This document shows positions 38,871-48,699 of a DNA stretch of 64,000 bases, piece by piece. Origin of the DNA: Tepidamorphaceae bacterium (lineage in GTDB: Bacteria > Pseudomonadota > Alphaproteobacteria > Rhizobiales > JAKSCL01); NCBI GenBank assembly GCA_028289445.1, contig JANQPO010000014.1, positions 18,620-82,619 on the forward strand. Reading direction: 5' to 3'. The notes below the pieces were generated by a model. It made no database searches. It was not told where the DNA came from and saw nothing but the letters and a program-made list of their open reading frames with translations. Position numbers and translations under genes: made by a program. Positions within the stretch are counted from its first letter, which is position 1; every line of letters begins with the position of its first letter.

Positions 38871-40370
38871 ATGGACGAGAAAGCGCCGATTCTATCTCTA
38901 CCGTCCGAGCCGCGCTCGTTCGGTTTCTTTGTCGAAGGCGCGTGGCTCGATGCCGGTGATCGTAAGATCATGGAGCGTGAAAGTCCCGCCCACGAGGTGC
39001 CGGTAACACGCATTCCGCTGTGCACTGCGGCCGATCTGGACCGCGCTGTCACGGCCGCGCGGGCGGCGTTCGAAGACCGGCGCTGGTCGGGTCTTTCAGG
39101 TGCTGAACGCGCCGCTGTATTGTCGAAGGCGGCCGCAGGCATTCGCGCCAGGGTCGATGAGTTGGCCTATTGGGAGACGCTTGAGAACGGCAAGCCGATT
39201 GCGCAGTCGCGCGGCGAGGTCGAGGGCGCCGCCGGCATCTACGACTACGCGGCCGGCGCGGCGCGGATGCTCCACGGCGATACGTTCAACAATCTCGGCG
39301 ATAAGATGTTGGGTCTGGTCACCCGCGAACCGATCGGGGTCGTTGGGCTCATCACGCCGTGGAATTTCCCGTTCTTTATCTTGTCGGAACGGGTGCCGTT
39401 CGTTCTGGCGGCCGGTTGCACGATTGTTGCGAAGCCGAGCGAGTTCACGTCGGCCACGTCCCTGATCATGGCGGATATCCTGGCCGACGCCGGTCTGCCG
39501 GCCGGTGTCTACAATGTCGTGCCCGGCCTGGGCGCAGAAGTTGGCCAAGCAATGACCGAGCATGCGGACATCGACATGGTGTCGTTCACCGGGTCGAGCC
39601 GCGTGGGGCGGAGCGCGATCCAGGCGGCGTCCGGCAACTTCAAGAAGCTCGGTCTGGAACTCGGCGGCAAGAATCCGCAGATCGTGTTCGCAGACGCCGA
39701 CCTAGACGATGCCGCCGACGGCGTCGCGTTCGGCCTGGCTTTCAACACCGGCCAATGCTGCGTGTCCGGCAGCCGACTCGTCGTCGAGGCGTCGATTGCC
39801 GACGATTTCACCGCACGATTGTCCGAGAAGCTGGCCAAGGTCAGGGTCGGCGATCCGCTCGACCCTGCGACGCAAGTCGGCGCCATCACCACGGACGCGC
39901 AGAACGCCACCATTCTCGACTACATCGCCGCCGGTCAGGCGGCCGGCGCGACGCTCGTGACCGGCGGCGCGTCCATCGATCGAGGAAAGGGCCGGTTCAT
40001 CGCGCCGACGCTCTTTGCCGGCGTCACCCGTGACATGACGATCGCCCGAGAAGAGATTTTCGGTCCGGTGCTCAGTGTCTTCCCATTCGCGACGCCGGAC
40101 GAGGCAATCGCAATCGCCAATGACACAAACTATGGCCTGGCAGCCAGCATTTGGACAAAGGACATTGACAAGGCGATCCAGACGTCCAGGCGCGTTCAGG
40201 CCGGTCGGGTGTGGGTCAACTGCACGATTACCGGCGGACCGGAATTGCCTATCGGCGGCTTCAAACAATCCGGCTGGGGCCGCGAGACCGGGATCTACGG
40301 GGTCGAGGAATACACCCAAATCAAGTCCGTCCACATCGAACTCGGCAAGCGCGATCCTTGGATCGCTTAG
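38871..40370 (+). CDS. NAD(P)-dependent aldehyde dehydrogenase (L-sorbosone dehydrogenase-like)
   Basis: PWNFP, FTGS, LELGGK, GQCC and EEIFGP motifs. Resembles Gluconobacter SNDH as I recall it. Confidence 0.85.
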   Translation: MDEKAPILSLPSEPRSFGFFVEGAWLDAGDRKIMERESPAHEVPVTRIPLCTAADLDRAVTAARAAFEDRRWSGLSGAERAAVLSKAAAGIRARVDELAYWETLENGKPIAQSRGEVEGAAGIYDYAAGAARMLHGDTFNNLGDKMLGLVTREPIGVVGLITPWNFPFFILSERVPFVLAAGCTIVAKPSEFTSATSLIMADILADAGLPAGVYNVVPGLGAEVGQAMTEHADIDMVSFTGSSRVGRSAIQAASGNFKKLGLELGGKNPQIVFADADLDDAADGVAFGLAFNTGQCCVSGSRLVVEASIADDFTARLSEKLAKVRVGDPLDPATQVGAITTDAQNATILDYIAAGQAAGATLVTGGASIDRGKGRFIAPTLFAGVTRDMTIAREEIFGPVLSVFPFATPDEAIAIANDTNYGLAASIWTKDIDKAIQTSRRVQAGRVWVNCTITGGPELPIGGFKQSGWGRETGIYGVEEYTQIKSVHIELGKRDPWIA

Positions 40371-40413
40371 GAGTGGACAACGGCCTTAGTGCCTGAAGGG
40401 AGTGAGACGCACC

Positions 40414-41997
40414 ATGGCAAAGCGCATGACGGCGGCGGAAGCGGCGAGGTTGATCGGCAACGGCGAGGTCGTTGCGGTCAACTCGTCGAGCGGTCTTTGC
40501 TGCCCCGACGCCGTGCTTGAGGCGATCGGCCAGCGTTTCCGTGAAACAGGTGCGCCTCGTGGCCTGACAACTGTCCATCCGATTGCAGCCGGCGACATGT
40601 TCGGAACCAAGGGCGTCGATCATATGGCGCAGGAGGGCCTCATCTCGACGATCATCGGCGGGTCCTATCCCTCCGGTCCGTCGTCGTCCGAACCGCCGCT
40701 GATCTGGCAAATGCTTCTCGACAATCGGGTTGCCGCCTACAATGTCCCGAGCGGTATCGTTTTCGATGCCCTGCGCGAAGCGGCTGGCCTTCGTCCCGGT
40801 GTGATGACCAAGGTGGGTCTCGATACGTTCGTCGATCCTGACCAGGACGGCTGTGCGATGAACGATGCGGCACGCCAAAAGCCCATCGTCAAGAAGATCG
40901 ACTTTGAGGGTGAGGAATGGCTCTACTTTCCTGCGATTAAGCCTGATGTCGCAATCATCCGTGCCACGACAGCCGATGAGCGCGGCAATCTCACCTTCGA
41001 GCAAGAGGGCGCCTATTTGGGAGCCATGGAGCTGGCGCTTGCGGCTCACAATTGCGGCGGGCGGGTGATCGCGCAGGTGCGCCGTGTCGCCGAGGCCGGC
41101 ACGCTCAAGCCTCACGATGTGCGCGTGCCCGGCATCCTTGTCGATGCTATTGTTGAAGCGCCTGAAATGCTTCAAACGACGGCAACCGCGTACGATCCGG
41201 CCATCTCGGGCGAACTCTTCAGGCCCTTGAACAGCTTCAAGATGCCCGAATTCGATGCCGCTAAGGTCATCGCCAGGCGCGTTGCGGTGGAGCTTGAAAA
41301 AGGCTGGGCGGTCAACATCGGGTTCGGCATCTCGGCCAATGTGCCGCGCATCTTTCTGGAAGAGGGGCGGCACGGTGATGTCACCTGGGTGATCGAGCAG
41401 GGCGCGGTAGGCGGTATCCCGCTGCTTGATTTCAAGTTCGGCTGCGCATCGAACGCCGAAGCCTTCGTCGCATCGCCCCACCAGTTCAGCTACTTTCAAG
41501 CGGCGGGCTTCGATGCCTCGCTGCTTTCGTTCCTTCAGATCGACCGGAATGGGTCGGTGAACGTTTCAAAGCTCTCGGCACGGCCGCACGTCACCGCCGG
41601 CGCGGGCGGCTTTGTCGACATTACCGCACGGGCAAAGAAGATCGTCTTTTCTGGCTATTTCAACGCCGCCGCCAAGCTGGCGGTCGAAGACGGCCAACTC
41701 AAGATCAACAAGGAAGGCAAGGTTGCCAAGCTTGTCGATGAAGTCGAGCATGTGTCGTTTTCCGGCCGGCGGGCGGTCGCACAGGGCCAGGACGTCACCT
41801 ACGTCACGGAGCGATGCGTCATGCGGTTGACGCTCGAGGGGCCGACGGTGATCGAGGTCGCGCCCGGTGTCGACATTGATCGCGACATTCAGGGCCAGTC
41901 GGAAATTCCGCTCAAGATCGCGTCGGATGTCCGGCCGATGAACGCGGCGTTGTTTCAGCCCGCGTGTTTCGGGCTGGGTGCGGGCAGTGTGCAATGA
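40414..41997 (+). CDS. acyl-CoA:acetate/3-ketoacid CoA transferase (YdiF/Pct-like, fused alpha-beta)
   Basis: TKVGLDTFVDP, TTADERGN, EQG (catalytic Glu), GGFVDI and VTERCV motifs. Confidence 0.88.
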   Translation: MAKRMTAAEAARLIGNGEVVAVNSSSGLCCPDAVLEAIGQRFRETGAPRGLTTVHPIAAGDMFGTKGVDHMAQEGLISTIIGGSYPSGPSSSEPPLIWQMLLDNRVAAYNVPSGIVFDALREAAGLRPGVMTKVGLDTFVDPDQDGCAMNDAARQKPIVKKIDFEGEEWLYFPAIKPDVAIIRATTADERGNLTFEQEGAYLGAMELALAAHNCGGRVIAQVRRVAEAGTLKPHDVRVPGILVDAIVEAPEMLQTTATAYDPAISGELFRPLNSFKMPEFDAAKVIARRVAVELEKGWAVNIGFGISANVPRIFLEEGRHGDVTWVIEQGAVGGIPLLDFKFGCASNAEAFVASPHQFSYFQAAGFDASLLSFLQIDRNGSVNVSKLSARPHVTAGAGGFVDITARAKKIVFSGYFNAAAKLAVEDGQLKINKEGKVAKLVDEVEHVSFSGRRAVAQGQDVTYVTERCVMRLTLEGPTVIEVAPGVDIDRDIQGQSEIPLKIASDVRPMNAALFQPACFGLGAGSVQ

Positions 41998-42782
41998 GCG
42001 GATCGCCGGACCCGCGCCTGTCTCTGAAGATCGATGGCCCCATCGCTCTTTTGACCATCGACCGGGCAGACAAGCTGAATGCGCTCGACGATCAAATGGT
42101 GGAGGCACTTGGTGCGCACTGCCGCGCGATCGAGAGAAATGATGTTGTGCGGGTGGCGATTATCACCGGCGCTGGGGACAAGGCGTTTTCGGCCGGTGGT
42201 GACATCGATGCTTGGAGCGCGAATGCGCCGGAAGACTTTAGCCGCTTCTGGGTCCGCGAAGGACATGAGGCCTTCTCGGCGTTGGCCCGATTGCGCCAGC
42301 CGGTCATCGCGGTTTTGAACGGCCACGCACTGGGTGGCGGCTTTGAGTTGGCTGCCGCCGCCGATCTGCGGATCGCGGAGGATCATGTCAAGATCGGTCA
42401 GCCCGAGGCAGGGCTCGGCATCATACCGGGCTGGTCCGGAACGCAGCGGGCCGTTCGCCGGTTTGGATCGCAGATCGTTCGTCGCATGGCGTTGTTCGGC
42501 GACGTGTTCGACGCCAATGAGGCGCTGACGCACGGATTGGTCGACAGCGTGGTGGAAAAGGGAAGGGGCCTTGAGCGTGCGCGCGAGATCGCGGCGGTTG
42601 TCGCCAAGCGAGGACCCCGAGCAACCGAACTGACAAAGATGCTGATCAATGCCGCGGAGGGGGAAGAGCGCGAGCGCATCTTGGAATCCCTCGCCGGTGG
42701 ACTGGCAGCCTCATCTCAGGAGCTTAAAGAAGGGATCGTGGCGTTTCGCGCCAAGCGGCCGCCGGACTTCGGTGAAACGTGA
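41994..42782 (+). CDS. enoyl-CoA hydratase/isomerase
   Basis: FSAGGD, GGGFE and PEAGLG motifs. ATGA overlap. Confidence 0.88.
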   Translation: MSGSPDPRLSLKIDGPIALLTIDRADKLNALDDQMVEALGAHCRAIERNDVVRVAIITGAGDKAFSAGGDIDAWSANAPEDFSRFWVREGHEAFSALARLRQPVIAVLNGHALGGGFELAAAADLRIAEDHVKIGQPEAGLGIIPGWSGTQRAVRRFGSQIVRRMALFGDVFDANEALTHGLVDSVVEKGRGLERAREIAAVVAKRGPRATELTKMLINAAEGEERERILESLAGGLAASSQELKEGIVAFRAKRPPDFGET

Positions 42783-42787
42783 ACGGA

Positions 42788-43822
42788 TCAGTCGTCGCGG
42801 AACATTGGAACAGGCTGGTCGATCCATTGCAGTTCGGCCATGTCGGCGCCGTCGATGCGCTTGAGGATCACATCTCCCAGCTTGCGCGCCGCCGCGACCA
42901 AGTCTTCTTCAATCATATCAATCGCCGGCCGCATCTGGTCGAAAATCGGCGTGGTCCGCTTTGCGACAACGTCCACGTCTTCGCCGATCGCGAGGCCGCC
43001 GTCGACAATCGCAGCCATCACCGCCATCGCCGAGACCTCGCCACCGCACACCAAGCCATCCGCGTTGCCTGCGGAAAATCGGGAGAGGGCGAACCGACGC
43101 ACCTCTTCGGGCGGGCTCTCGATCGTCAGGTCGGGCGCCACCTCAAAGGCGACGCCGCTCTCTCGGATCGCTGACATGAAGCCGTGGCGCATGTGTTGGG
43201 AGAACGTGTAGGCCGGCGGCGCGTTGATCAGGACCAGCTTGCGCCGGCCTTTCTCGATCAGTCTCTTTGTTGCCAGATAGGCGAACTGGTAGTTATCGTA
43301 ATCGACGAAGGGATGCGAAGTGGCGAGTTCGGTGCGCCCGTGACTGACGAACGGGAAGTCGTGTTCGAGCAGCAGTTTGACACGCGGGTCCAGCGGCTCG
43401 GTGCGGGCGAAAATTATTGCGTCAGCGAGACGGTTTCTCAGGATATGACGGACCGGGTTCACCGGGTCCTCACCCTCGAAGTTTGGCATGACGACCAAGT
43501 GATATGGCGTGTTGCGCAGCACGGCCGCCAAACCGGCGATCATCGACGTGCCGAACCCGATGATCTCCTCGTGGGGCGCCAGAACGAAGCTTATGACGTT
43601 GGTTCGTCCGGTCCTGAGCCGCTGCGCGGCGCGATCCGGCACGTAACCGATCTGATTGGCGACGGCGCGGACGCGGGCGCGGGTCTCCTCGGCGATCTCC
43701 GGCGCATCTTTCAGTGCCCGCGACACCGTCGTGACGGCCAGGCCGGTCGCCGTCGCGATCGTCTTCAGCGTCGGCTTCTCGACCAGTCCCGTTGTCGGCG
43801 AGGCGGATTTTTGTCCAGGCAT
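42788..43822 (-). CDS. LacI-family regulator
   Basis: TLKTIA..TGLAVTTVSRAL HTH. Divergent from the ABC operon. Confidence 0.88.
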   Translation of the reverse strand: MPGQKSASPTTGLVEKPTLKTIATATGLAVTTVSRALKDAPEIAEETRARVRAVANQIGYVPDRAAQRLRTGRTNVISFVLAPHEEIIGFGTSMIAGLAAVLRNTPYHLVVMPNFEGEDPVNPVRHILRNRLADAIIFARTEPLDPRVKLLLEHDFPFVSHGRTELATSHPFVDYDNYQFAYLATKRLIEKGRRKLVLINAPPAYTFSQHMRHGFMSAIRESGVAFEVAPDLTIESPPEEVRRFALSRFSAGNADGLVCGGEVSAMAVMAAIVDGGLAIGEDVDVVAKRTTPIFDQMRPAIDMIEEDLVAAARKLGDVILKRIDGADMAELQWIDQPVPMFRDD

Positions 43823-43859
43823 GTTCAACTCGGGTCGCCAGTGTCACTGAACAGAAGAT

Positions 43860-43877
43860 ATTTGCAACGTTACAAAT
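43860..43877. promoter_or_regulatory. LacI operator ATTTGCAACGTTACAAAT
   Basis: Near-perfect palindrome with central CG. Paired with 43990-44005. Confidence 0.7.
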
Positions 43878-43989
43878 GTGCAAGGGGATGGATAAAATTC
43901 GTTGTGAGTTGATAATCTCATAAAAAATCGATAAAAAACAATACGATACAAGGTTATAGAATTATGAATGCTCTCTTGACGAATAGTAG

Positions 43990-44005
43990 TTTGTAACGTT
44001 ATAAA
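43990..44005. promoter_or_regulatory. LacI operator TTTGTAACGTTATAAA overlapping a putative -10 (with -35 TTGACG at 43976)
   Basis: Near-perfect palindrome similar to the site at 43860. Confidence 0.7.
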
Positions 44006-44067
44006 TCACGATTAGATTCCCGATCACGACATATGTGCTCGCGGAATGGTTCAAAAGGGAGGAACAC

Positions 44068-45321
44068 ATGACAACGTTTCGTGCAGCGAAATATCTGGCT
44101 GGGGTGGCAGTCGTCGCCTTGTCGGCGGTTAGCGCGCAGGCTGAGGAAAGCGTCGAAGTCCTGCACTGGTGGACGTCAGGTGGCGAGGCCGCCGCGTTGG
44201 ACGTTCTCAAGAAGGATTTGGAATCCAAGGGTGTGAGCTGGGCCGATATGCCGGTTGCCGGCGGTGGGGGTGAGCAGGCCATGACCGCCTTGCGCGCCCG
44301 CGTCACGGCCGGCAATGCGCCGACCGCCGTCCAGATGCTCGGCTTCGATATTCTCGACTGGGCCAAGGAAGGCGCGCTCGGCAATCTGAATGAGGTTGCC
44401 GCCGCCGAGGGCTGGGACAGTGTCGTACCGACGGCGTTGCAGGGCTTCGGCAAGTATGACGGCAACTGGATTTCGGCCCCGGTCAATGTCCACTCGACCA
44501 ACTGGGTGTGGATCAGCAAATCCGCGCTCGACGCGGCTGGTGGCAAGGCGCCGGAGTCTTGGGACGAACTCGTCGCCGTGCTCGACAAGATGCAGGAGAA
44601 CGGGCTGACCGCGCTCGCCCATGGCGGTCAGGCCTGGCAGGACGCGACCATCTTCGATGCCGTCGTGCTGTCGCTCGGCACCGACTTCTACAAGGCGTCG
44701 ATGATCGATCTCGATCCGGCGGCGCTCGGGGGCGACCAGATGGTCGAAGCCTTCGACCGGATGTCGAAGCTGCGCTCCTATGTCGACGATAACTTCTCCG
44801 GTCGCGACTGGAACCTGGCGTCCGCGATGGTGATCGAGGGCAAGGCCGGTATGCAGATGATGGGCGACTGGGCCAAGGGCGAGTTCCTTAAAGCCGGGCA
44901 GGTGCCGGGCCAGGACTTCGTCTGCATCCGGTTCCCGGGCACGCAGGGTGCCGTGACCTTCAACTCCGACCAGTTCGCCATGTTCAAGGTCGGCGACGAT
45001 CGCACCGGACCGCAAAAGCTGATGGCGTCGGCGATCATGAGCCCGACCTTCCAGTCGGCGTTCAACGTCGTGAAAGGCTCCGTTCCGGCGCGCACGGATG
45101 TCCCGAACGATGCCTTCGACGATTGCGGCAAGAAGGGCATGGTCGACCTGGCCGATGCTAATTCAAGCGGCACGCTCTATGGCTCCATGGCCCACGGCCA
45201 TGCGGCGCCGGCTGCGGTCAAGAACGCCGTTTATGACGTCGTGACCCGGCACTTCAACGGCGAGCTTTCGAGCCAGGAAGCCGTCGAAGAACTCGCCGCC
45301 GCCATCGACGCGGTCAAGTAG
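44068..45321 (+). CDS. sugar ABC substrate-binding protein (glucose/mannose GtsA-like)
   Basis: Signal peptide, [19 protein letters not shown] and SMAHG motifs. Confidence 0.88.
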   Translation: MTTFRAAKYLAGVAVVALSAVSAQAEESVEVLHWWTSGGEAAALDVLKKDLESKGVSWADMPVAGGGGEQAMTALRARVTAGNAPTAVQMLGFDILDWAKEGALGNLNEVAAAEGWDSVVPTALQGFGKYDGNWISAPVNVHSTNWVWISKSALDAAGGKAPESWDELVAVLDKMQENGLTALAHGGQAWQDATIFDAVVLSLGTDFYKASMIDLDPAALGGDQMVEAFDRMSKLRSYVDDNFSGRDWNLASAMVIEGKAGMQMMGDWAKGEFLKAGQVPGQDFVCIRFPGTQGAVTFNSDQFAMFKVGDDRTGPQKLMASAIMSPTFQSAFNVVKGSVPARTDVPNDAFDDCGKKGMVDLADANSSGTLYGSMAHGHAAPAAVKNAVYDVVTRHFNGELSSQEAVEELAAAIDAVK

Positions 45322-45333
45322 GACTTCCTCCTA

Positions 45334-45390
45334 GCGCATCGGGCAATTGGCCCGGTGCGCCAAGAACCGGGGCGGGGATCAACCTCGCCC
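45334..45390 (+). other. two GC hairpins between SBP and permease genes
   Basis: GCGCATCGGGC/GCCCGGTGCGC and GGGGCGGGG/CCTCGCCCC. Confidence 0.55.
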
Positions 45391-45417
45391 CAACAACGAT
45401 CGGCCAGGGGGCGCGCC

Positions 45418-46293
45418 ATGAAGGAGCGGTTGCAGGAACTCACGCCGAAGCTGGTGCTTTCGCCGAGCTTCTTCCTGATCCTGTTCTTCGTCTACGGCTT
45501 CATCGTCTACACCGGCTACCTGTCGATGACCGACTCGAAGATGCTGCCGTCCTATGGCTGGGTTGGGCTCGACAATTACGAGCGCCTTTGGAAGCTGCCG
45601 CACTGGAAGCGATCGCTGAACAACCTGGCGGTCTTCGGGATTCTCTACATTGTCGTCTGTACGGTGCTCGGCTTGCTCGCTGCGATCCTGCTCGATCAGA
45701 AGATCCGCGCGGAAGGCCTGCTGCGGCCGATTTATCTGTACCCGATGGCGCTGTCGTTCATCGTGACGGGAACCGCCTGGAAGTGGTTCCTGGACCCCGG
45801 CATCGGCCTCGAAAACACCATCCATCAATGGGGCTGGGAGACCTTCTCCTTCGATTGGATCAAGAACCGCAATTACGCGATTTATACGGTTGTGATCGCC
45901 GCCGTGTGGCAATCCTCGGGCTTCGTCATGGCTATGTTCCTGGCGGGGCTGCGCGGTGTTGACAACGAGATCATCAAAGCGGCTCAGATCGACGGGGCGT
46001 CGACCGTGCGCATCTACCGCCGCATCATCATTCCGCTCATGCGGCCGGTGTTTCTTTCCGCTTTCGTCGTTCTCGCGCACTTGGCGATCAAGGCCTACGA
46101 CTTGGTCATTGCGCTGACCGGCGGTGGGCCTGGTCAGGCGACGGAACTGCCGGCGACCTTCATGTATTCCTACACGTTCACGAGGAACCTGATGGGGATC
46201 GGTGCGTCGTCGGCGATCATCATGCTCATCATGATCTTTTCCATCATCATTCCCTACCTTTATTCGGAACTGAGAGGAGGGAAGACGCAATGA
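45418..46293 (+). CDS. sugar ABC permease
   Basis: TM segments and KAAQIDGAS motif. Confidence 0.9.
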   Translation: MKERLQELTPKLVLSPSFFLILFFVYGFIVYTGYLSMTDSKMLPSYGWVGLDNYERLWKLPHWKRSLNNLAVFGILYIVVCTVLGLLAAILLDQKIRAEGLLRPIYLYPMALSFIVTGTAWKWFLDPGIGLENTIHQWGWETFSFDWIKNRNYAIYTVVIAAVWQSSGFVMAMFLAGLRGVDNEIIKAAQIDGASTVRIYRRIIIPLMRPVFLSAFVVLAHLAIKAYDLVIALTGGGPGQATELPATFMYSYTFTRNLMGIGASSAIIMLIMIFSIIIPYLYSELRGGKTQ

Positions 46294-47171
46294 GCCAGCC
46301 CTCCGCCGACGTGGCCGTCCAAACCAACCGGCTCGTGCGCATCGCGATCTATACGGCACTGATTGTTCTCGCGGTCTACTACCTGCTGCCGTTTTACGTG
46401 ATGGTGGTGAACTCGCTGAAGCCGCTCGACGAAATCCGCGAGGGCGACATGCTGGCCCTGCCGCGCCAATGGACCATCGCGCCCTGGCTCTCGGCGTGGT
46501 CGACGGCCCAGATCGGCGTCGAGCCCACGGGCCTGCGCCCTTACTTCATGAACTCGATATTCATGGTGGTTCCAGCGGTCGCATTGTCGACCATTCTTGG
46601 CGCCCTCAACGGCTATGTGCTGACTAAGTGGCGCTTCCCGGGCCACAACCTGGTGTTCGGCATGATGCTTTTGGCCTGCTTCATTCCCTTCCAGATCGTC
46701 CTCATCCCGATGGCGCGCGTGCTCGGTATTCTAGGGCTTGCCGGCACGACCTGGGGCTTGGTGCTCGTCCACACGGTTTACGGTCTGGGCTTCACGACAC
46801 TGTTCTTCCGCAACTACTACGAGGCCTTCCCGACTGAGCTTGTGCGCGCCGCGCAGATCGACGGTGCTTCCTTCTTCCAGATCTTCCGGCGCATCCTGTT
46901 GCCGTCTTCGGGACCGATCATCGTCGTCACCGTGATCTGGCAGTTCACCAATGTGTGGAACGACTTCCTGTTCGGCGCGTCGTTCGCCGACGTCGACTCC
47001 GTGCCGATGACGGTCGCCCTCAACAATCTCGTCTCCTCGTCGACGGGCGTGAAAGAATACAACGTCCACTTTGCCGGCGCGATCCTCGCAGCGTTGCCGA
47101 CCCTCATCGTCTACGTCGTCTCCGGACGCTATTTCGTGCGCGGCCTGATGGCTGGCGCCGTGAAGGGATAG
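46290..47171 (+). CDS. sugar ABC permease
   Basis: RAAQIDGAS and GLMAGAVKG motifs. Confidence 0.9.
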   Translation: MSQPSADVAVQTNRLVRIAIYTALIVLAVYYLLPFYVMVVNSLKPLDEIREGDMLALPRQWTIAPWLSAWSTAQIGVEPTGLRPYFMNSIFMVVPAVALSTILGALNGYVLTKWRFPGHNLVFGMMLLACFIPFQIVLIPMARVLGILGLAGTTWGLVLVHTVYGLGFTTLFFRNYYEAFPTELVRAAQIDGASFFQIFRRILLPSSGPIIVVTVIWQFTNVWNDFLFGASFADVDSVPMTVALNNLVSSSTGVKEYNVHFAGAILAALPTLIVYVVSGRYFVRGLMAGAVKG

Positions 47172-47176
47172 TCACC

Positions 47177-48292
47177 ATGGCCTTTCTCGAAATCCGCAAC
47201 TTGATGAAGTCCTTCGGCAATGTGGATGTGCTGAAAGGCATCAATATCGAAATCGAGGAGGGCGGCTTCTTGGTTCTCGTTGGGCCGTCGGGCTGCGGCA
47301 AGTCGACGCTTCTGAACACCATTGCGGGCCTTGAGGCGATCACCAGCGGCGACATCAGCATTGGCGGCCGCTCCGTGGCGGGGTTGCACCCGTCGAAGCG
47401 CGATATCGCCATGGTGTTCCAAAGCTATGCGCTTTATCCGAACATGACGGTCGCGCAGAACATCGGCTTCGGCATGGAAATCCGCGGCATTGGCCAGACC
47501 GATCGCGACAAGGCAATTGCTGACGTCTCCGAGCTTTTACAGATCGGCCATTTGCTCGACCGCAAGCCGTCGCAGCTTTCCGGCGGTCAGCGCCAGCGTG
47601 TTGCCATGGGCCGTGCACTTGTTCGCGAACCGCAGGTGTTTCTGTTCGACGAGCCGCTGTCGAACCTCGATGCCAAGCTGCGGGTTGACATGCGCACTGA
47701 GATCAAACGGCTACATCAGCGCATGGGCACGACGATCGTTTACGTCACGCACGACCAGATCGAGGCGATGACGCTTGCGACCAAGATCGCGGTCCTCAAA
47801 GACGGCATTCTTCAACAGTTCGGCTCGCCGGCCGAAATCTACAACGACCCGGCCAATATGTTCGTCGCCGACTTCATGGGGTCGCCCTCCATGAACCTCA
47901 TCCCGGCGCGGATCGAGACCGAAGGGAACGGTGTGGCCGTAGTCATCTCCAAGCGCGGCGGTGGCGAAGCGGTGCGCCTTCCTGTCGAGAATGCCAATGG
48001 TCTGACCGCCCATGCCGGTGCTGATGTTATCTTCGGGATCCGGCCGGAAGCGCTGACCGATCCTGACGGCGCCGACCGCACCGGCGGCGGACTGGTCAAT
48101 GCTGTTTGTCCGATCGAGGTCGTTGAGCCGGCCGGCTCCGATACGTTCGCCGTCACGCATCTGGGCGACATCGAGGTGACGGCCAGGCTTCGCGCGGATG
48201 CCGCGATCGAACCCGGCCGCGAGGAGACGCTAACCTTCAATATGACCAAGGCCGTGTTCTTCGATCCGAAAACCGAGAGCCGCATCGCATGA
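47177..48292 (+). CDS. sugar ABC ATPase (MalK/UgpC-like)
   Basis: GPSGCGKST, VFQSYALYP, LSGGQRQR and DEPLSNLD motifs. Confidence 0.92.
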   Translation: MAFLEIRNLMKSFGNVDVLKGINIEIEEGGFLVLVGPSGCGKSTLLNTIAGLEAITSGDISIGGRSVAGLHPSKRDIAMVFQSYALYPNMTVAQNIGFGMEIRGIGQTDRDKAIADVSELLQIGHLLDRKPSQLSGGQRQRVAMGRALVREPQVFLFDEPLSNLDAKLRVDMRTEIKRLHQRMGTTIVYVTHDQIEAMTLATKIAVLKDGILQQFGSPAEIYNDPANMFVADFMGSPSMNLIPARIETEGNGVAVVISKRGGGEAVRLPVENANGLTAHAGADVIFGIRPEALTDPDGADRTGGGLVNAVCPIEVVEPAGSDTFAVTHLGDIEVTARLRADAAIEPGREETLTFNMTKAVFFDPKTESRIA

Positions 48293-48600
48293 TCCGGCAC
48301 GTTGTCCTCTTGCGCTTTGCCGACGGCGTTTCAGCCTCGGACAAACAGGCGCTTTACGACGCGCTTGCGGCGCTGCGCGAGCACATCGCGGGGATCGTCG
48401 ACTTTCGGGCTGGCCCGAATGTCAGCGTCGAAGGGCCCCTCACACAGGGCTTCGACGATGGGTTCTGGTTCGATTTCGAGAACGCTGGCGTGCGCGACGC
48501 CTATCTGGTTCACCCGGAACACCAGGCCGTCGGCGCCCGTATTGTCGAGGCGACCAAGGACGGTCTCGACGGCGTTTTGGTCTTCGATTTCGAGCTATAA
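48289..48600 (+). CDS. Dabb (stress-responsive A/B barrel) protein
   Basis: IRHVVLLRF, GPNVS.E and YLVHPEH motifs. Confidence 0.85.
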   Translation: MIRHVVLLRFADGVSASDKQALYDALAALREHIAGIVDFRAGPNVSVEGPLTQGFDDGFWFDFENAGVRDAYLVHPEHQAVGARIVEATKDGLDGVLVFDFEL

Positions 48601-48653
48601 ACCAATCACGTGAGCGGGACGTTTGCTTGACCTTGAGGGCAGTGTTTGTTAAA

Positions 48654-48671
48654 AAGTAACTAATTGGTTAC
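48654..48671. promoter_or_regulatory. operator AAGTAACTAATTGGTTAC (TetR-like palindrome)
   Basis: 48654-48670 is the exact reverse complement of 38809-38825. It follows a putative TTGACC-N17-TAAAAA promoter. Confidence 0.75.
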
Positions 48672-48699
48672 AAACTGAAATTCGATAAGGGAGACCCAG

